From NCBI RefSeq assembly GCF_009914755.1, contig NC_060929.1: a stretch of DNA of 64,000 bases. One strand, 5' to 3'. Made by a program: the position numbers and the translations under genes. The stretch's first letter is position 1; each line of letters opens with the position of its first letter. Source of the stretch: the human T2T-CHM13v2.0 reference genome, Homo sapiens. The notes under the pieces are model-generated. The model saw nothing but the letters and a program-made list of their open reading frames with translations, searched no databases and was not told where the DNA came from. Below, piece by piece: positions 58,577 to 64,000 of this stretch.

Positions 58577-59121
58577 TGTATTAGTCAGAGATTTCCAGAG
58601 AAACAGAACCAAGAGGATGCGAGTGTGTGTGTGTGTGCGCACATGTGTGTGTGTGTGCACGCGCACGTGCGCACATGCACATGTGTGTTGTGTATACAGA
58701 GAGACAGAGAGACAGAGGTTTATTTTAAAGAATTGACTCGTGTAATTGCAGAAGCTTGGAGAGTTCAAAATCTGATGGGGTAGGCCAGCAGGCTGGAGAC
58801 TCAAGAAAGAGCTAGAGTTCAAGTCCAAAGGCAGTCTGCTGATGAACCAGGAAGAGCAGATGTTACAGAAGCAGCTCAAAGGCAATCTGCCAGCAAAATT
58901 ACTTCTTGGTTGGAAGACATCAGTCTTTGTTCTATGAAGGCCTTCAACTGACTGGATGGAGTCCATTCACATTATGTATACTAATCTGCTTTACTCAAAA
59001 TCCACCTTTTAAAACTTTAATCTCATTCAGAAACACCTTTACAGAAACATCCAGAATAATGTTCAACCAAATATCTGTGTACTGTGTCCCAGCCAAGTTG
59101 ACAACAAATAAAATTATCATG
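58577..59121 (-). mobile_element. MLT2-family ERVL solo LTR
   Basis: tgtattagtcagagatttccagagaaacagaacc...cccagccaagttgac; TSD ctacc/ccacc. Confidence 0.82.
58623..58688. repeat. Alternating purine-pyrimidine (TG/CG/CA) tract
   Basis: gtgtgtgtgtgtgtgcgcacatgtgtgtgtgtgtgcacgcgcacgtgcgcacatgcacatgtgtgt. Confidence 0.9.
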
Positions 59122-59191
59122 CCACCCTAGTAATAACTACTCATACCTTATACAGCTTATACTAAAGTATTTTAAATAAATTTCTACACAG

Positions 59192-59844
59192 TACTCATGA
59201 GACTAAACTAAGATCCTGTAACAAATACCCCTACACAGACACACTAAAATCCAGGGGCTTAAGGAATATGTTTATTACCTCATGTAGCAGTCCAGGGTGA
59301 GGACTCTAGGTCAAGGGCTGTCTGCTCCATGGAATCACTGAGAGACCCAGGACCACAGCAGACCTAACTCTGCTCCAGCTTCCAAGACCGCTCTGGCCAC
59401 TAAAGCCCACAAGCATAAGGAAGGAGCATGGAGAAGGATGTATACGGGCTCTGTTTGCCAGGCTGGGAAATGGCCCATATCACTACAAGTGAAACTGGTT
59501 AATGACATCAGCTGTGTGCCCAGGTAGGCGAATGGGAGAACTAGTGGTCTCCACCATACACACGGTGTGTGTGATAGCTGGTGGTGGCAGAAAGTAAAAG
59601 TGCCATCAATATATTAACTCAACATTAATACATCTTCATTTTCTTCAGAGCACTTTTCTCTCTTCAAAATTATCTTTTTTGTTTACTAGTTTATTTATCT
59701 GGTTTGCAGCAATTGGGAGGAGACAAAATAGCAGCTCAAAGTGCGAGCCATTACAAATCAACTTCTTATTCTTTAAGCCCCTGGATTTCAGTGTGTCTAT
59801 GTAGGGGGTATTTGTTACAGGATATTAGTCTACTCTTATGAGTA
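59192..59844. repeat. Inverted repeat, arms ~77-78 bp (59192-59268 and 59767-59844), spacer ~500 bp
   Basis: The right arm reverse-complements to the left arm with 7 substitutions and 1 indel by eye (about 90% identity). Confidence 0.92.
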
Positions 59845-59984
59845 TAACACAGACACATGAGAGTCATCAGACTGCCTGGGGTTCATCATGACACCTCAAC
59901 TTAGCACCTGTGTGACCTTGGGCATGTGGTTAAATTCTAGGAGTCTCTGTTTTCTTGTGTAAAAATGGAGATAATATCATACTG

Positions 59985-60742
<758 letters not shown>

Positions 60743-62743
60743 GCTTGTGGGAATTAGAGGAGATAAGCCTGAAAAAGCACTCAGAACAGAGCATTGCACA
60801 TAGTAAGCACCCAATGAATATTTGTTGAGTTGAAGGAATGAATGATGCTTTGTCCATATTGTAAATAAAAACCGTTAAACAAGAGAAGTTAAGAGAACAT
60901 CCATGACTACATAAACTTATCTATGTCTAAATTATATGGATAACAAAATGTAAAAGAAAGTAGACACAGTTATTTGTAATATTTCAATGCCATTATTTTA
61001 TAACCAGAAAAATTCTTCATGATGCATGATTCTAGCTACAAACTGTGCAAGAGAAAGCTGTGAAATCAAGAGCCATGCATTATCAAAAACTTTTATTTTG
61101 TCCTAATTTTAGATCAGTTATGTTATTCTTCAGATCAGCATGACAAGTATTGAAATCGGAGTGACAGGCAATTTTGTCACCCTATCTTTCTTGGAAACCT
61201 ACGAACTGTGTCTCATTTCTCACATTTGCCCTTCAATTCTGATTCTTGCTGCAGACTCAGTAAAGATGTAAAATCTCTTACATCTCTACACCCTTGCTAG
61301 CACCAATGTGACAGACACACAAATATCTGGGATGCACTTTTCATTTTCCTACCTCCAAGGCTGTTTACATCACCATTCAAGCCAGCTGGCTTCCTCCTTA
61401 GAGCGCTGCCTTCACTTTCAATCTTGTTCACCTTGGGGTTTTATTTCTCACAATGGTGTTACATATTCTGAATATGAAGAGGATATTAAATTAATGTATT
61501 CCCCAGACCACTCAAAGCAATTTTTAAAAAACAACCACTAAAAGAGTTCATCTGCCAACTCCCAAGTGCTGCGAGCACTCTGCATCTGCCTTTGCATTCA
61601 TTTCCCTCCCATGCAAATATGCACACAGCCCACAAGGAAGGAGGCACAATTACCAGCCTTAACCAGATCAATCTCCCGAAATTCAATGTCAAAGAAACAT
61701 CCCAGGATGTCAAAATTTACTTGTAAGCGACTCATCACCCCTTCTGAGATGGACTATGTTAATTCACAGGGGAGAATAACCTTCTCGGAAACACACATTT
61801 ACATTTACATAAAGCAGAGTAGAAAATAATCATGCTTCTCCATGAGCAAATGACAGTTACATAAGGATATTCTTCCACCTTTTTGCGTGTCACTCATAAA
61901 ACTGCTTTCAAAATTACATCTGTGGAGAGGACGCTTGGAAAGCAGTGCCGTTTGCTACAAGCACTGTTCAAAACCACTCACAAATCCGTCACCTTTTTCC
62001 TTCTTTCAAGTACACTTTGCTTAATTTTAGTATGTGTTATCCTCTCAAAAAAAAAAATCACATAAAAAACTTTCACCCTAGAAAGGTTTCTCGGAACATT
62101 TCCCCTCTGAGAGCTTTAAGCGAAGGTTGTACATTAAATGGTTTCATAAAAGATCCTGAATAAAGGCTATTATCTACATGTAACATTCACTCGCACTATA
62201 TCTCATGATCTATTGACATAAAGCAGTTTATTGGTCAATATCACTGGCCAAAGGCAGAGACAGAGGTATGATTCCAGCCATCTGGAAATCTATTATCAAG
62301 GCTAATGCATATGCCTTTCATTTCTAAAGATCTGGTTTCAGCTTCATCAGTTAAAAGTGAATTGGGTGGTCTTGTCTTACCCACATTAAAGAACCATTAT
62401 GCAGTTTAGCCTAACAAAACACCATCAGTCATGAACATCATTTAGCAGAAGTCAACCTAGGCAAAATGTCCAGTCTGTTGAGTATGCCTCCTTCTCTAAC
62501 CTCTCGTTCCCTGATCAGGCTATTCATGGGCAAAATTATAAAGTAGGCAGAGTTAGTTTGAGGTTATTTTGAGTCTATTAGTCAAAAGCACAGAGTGGGA
62601 GAAATAGATATGGATATAAGAATGAAACAAGCGACAAAAATATGCGTTCTAGTCCTAGCTAGTCACTACCTCTCTGGGGCTCAGTATCTTCAGCTGTAAA
62701 ATGGGGATAACAACCACCCTCACGCTTTGAGGGCTCTTGGAAT

Positions 62744-63556
62744 TGAAAGAGTTCCCTTATCCCCCTCGCAGGACGTTAGGCGGAGGTGTGGCTCACTGCC
62801 CCACCACTCAAACCCCTAGGGGAAGTATGCAGACGGCAGGTGCAGAGACCGTGGGGAGCGTTTTTTGGGCTCTGGCCCCATGGCTGCATCTAGGGGTGGG
62901 TGTCTGCGACTCCCGAAGTCCAAGTGGGTGTGTGTTACAGTGTGCTCTTTCAGCTTTGCCGTCTGCAGACGGCTTGTGTTAATCAGCTCAACAGACCCTC
63001 TGCCTTATCGCTAGGGCAGGGGACCAGTGTGACAGCCTGAGTTCTTGCCCATTGTATCAGAAGAATCAGATCACACGTGGGCTGGAAGGATGAGTGCAAG
63101 GTCTTATTGAGTAATGGAGGTGGCGCTCAGCGAGATGGATGGGGAGCAGGAAGGAGGGGATAGAGTGGGAAGGTGATCTTCCCTTGGAGTCAAGCCCCCC
63201 AGCAGCCAAACTCTTCTCAGACGGCCCCAGCTGAACTCCTCTTGGTGTCCAGATGTCCTTCCTCTTCTCTCTCTGCTGTGCCGCCCCGCTGCTCTCTGCC
63301 ACTCTCTGCCTCTCTGTTCCTCTTCTCCTCTCAATGTCCAGCTGCTTGTTTTTCTGCCCACTAAGGTCTCAGGTTTATATGGACACAGGATGCAGGGCAT
63401 GGTGGGTCAGAGTGGTCTTGGAAAATGCAACATTTGGGCGCGAACACAGGAGTGCCTGTTCTTACTTAGGTCTGTGGGCACAGGCCCAAGGGTGGAGCCC
63501 TGGCCAAGGACACCGCCTTTCTCTACCCAGCACTTCCCTGCCCCCCTCCCATATCA
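62744..63556 (-). mobile_element. ERV1 solo LTR (LTR1/LTR27/LTR28/MER52-related group)
   Basis: Perfect TG...CA ends (tgaaagag...cccatatca) with 4-bp TSD gaat at 62740-62743 and 63557-63560. The minus strand begins tgatatgggaggggggcagggaagtgctgggtagag. Confidence 0.87.
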
Positions 63557-64000
63557 GAATGATCAAAAGAACACATGGCTATGAAAAGCCATACATCATT
63601 TGCAAATAACAAGATTACTACTATCCTTTCTTGCCCTCATTTTTACTTTCCACATTTTCCATATGGCCCTCCCCATCTACAGAGACCTGGTGCTCTCCAT
63701 CTTTCTCTTCCCCTACGTGGATTTAGCCGTCTCCTCCCCTACCTGGATTTAGCTGCCATCAGTCCTGCACCCTGGGTCTTGCCTGTCCCCTAAGTATCAG
63801 TAATATTTCCCTGCTAATTTCCCTTCTTACAATGTGTGATCTCTGCTATGTGTTAACTGGTCAGTCTGGGAAGCTGTTACTCCCTATGCTATCAGAAAAA
63901 GTGCTGCCTTGCCAAGCACTTATTAGAGACCCTGAATTTTCCAGAGCAATTTCAATTCTGGCACAGGATGGCTAGGAATGCACAGAAGTGAAGGCAGAAC

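Overview
This window looks like human (or other primate) nuclear DNA and is non-coding, either intronic or intergenic. I could not recognise any host protein-coding exon, RNA gene or CRISPR array. Much of it is interspersed repeat: about 13 Alu/FLAM/FAM copies, MIR and L2 relics, old L1M fragments, one L1PA with a 5' inversion, about 16 solo LTRs (MaLR MST/THE1/MLT1, ERVL MLT2/LTR16/LTR47-like, ERV1) and DNA transposon fossils (MER58A, MER5, MER6, MER2, MER91A, MER3/33). The only long ORF with real protein homology is a decayed L1 ORF2 reverse-transcriptase fragment. I found no convincing new biological system. The most unusual sequence-level features are a tailless 83-bp Alu head flanked by a perfect 13-bp duplication, a ~78-bp inverted duplication about 500 bp from its source, a 172-bp tandem duplication, and several nested insertions with readable target-site duplications (TSDs). 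A few repeat-free islands with retained CpG or dense TAAT may be enhancers. Repeat subfamily names come from my recall of consensus sequences and need RepeatMasker/Dfam confirmation.
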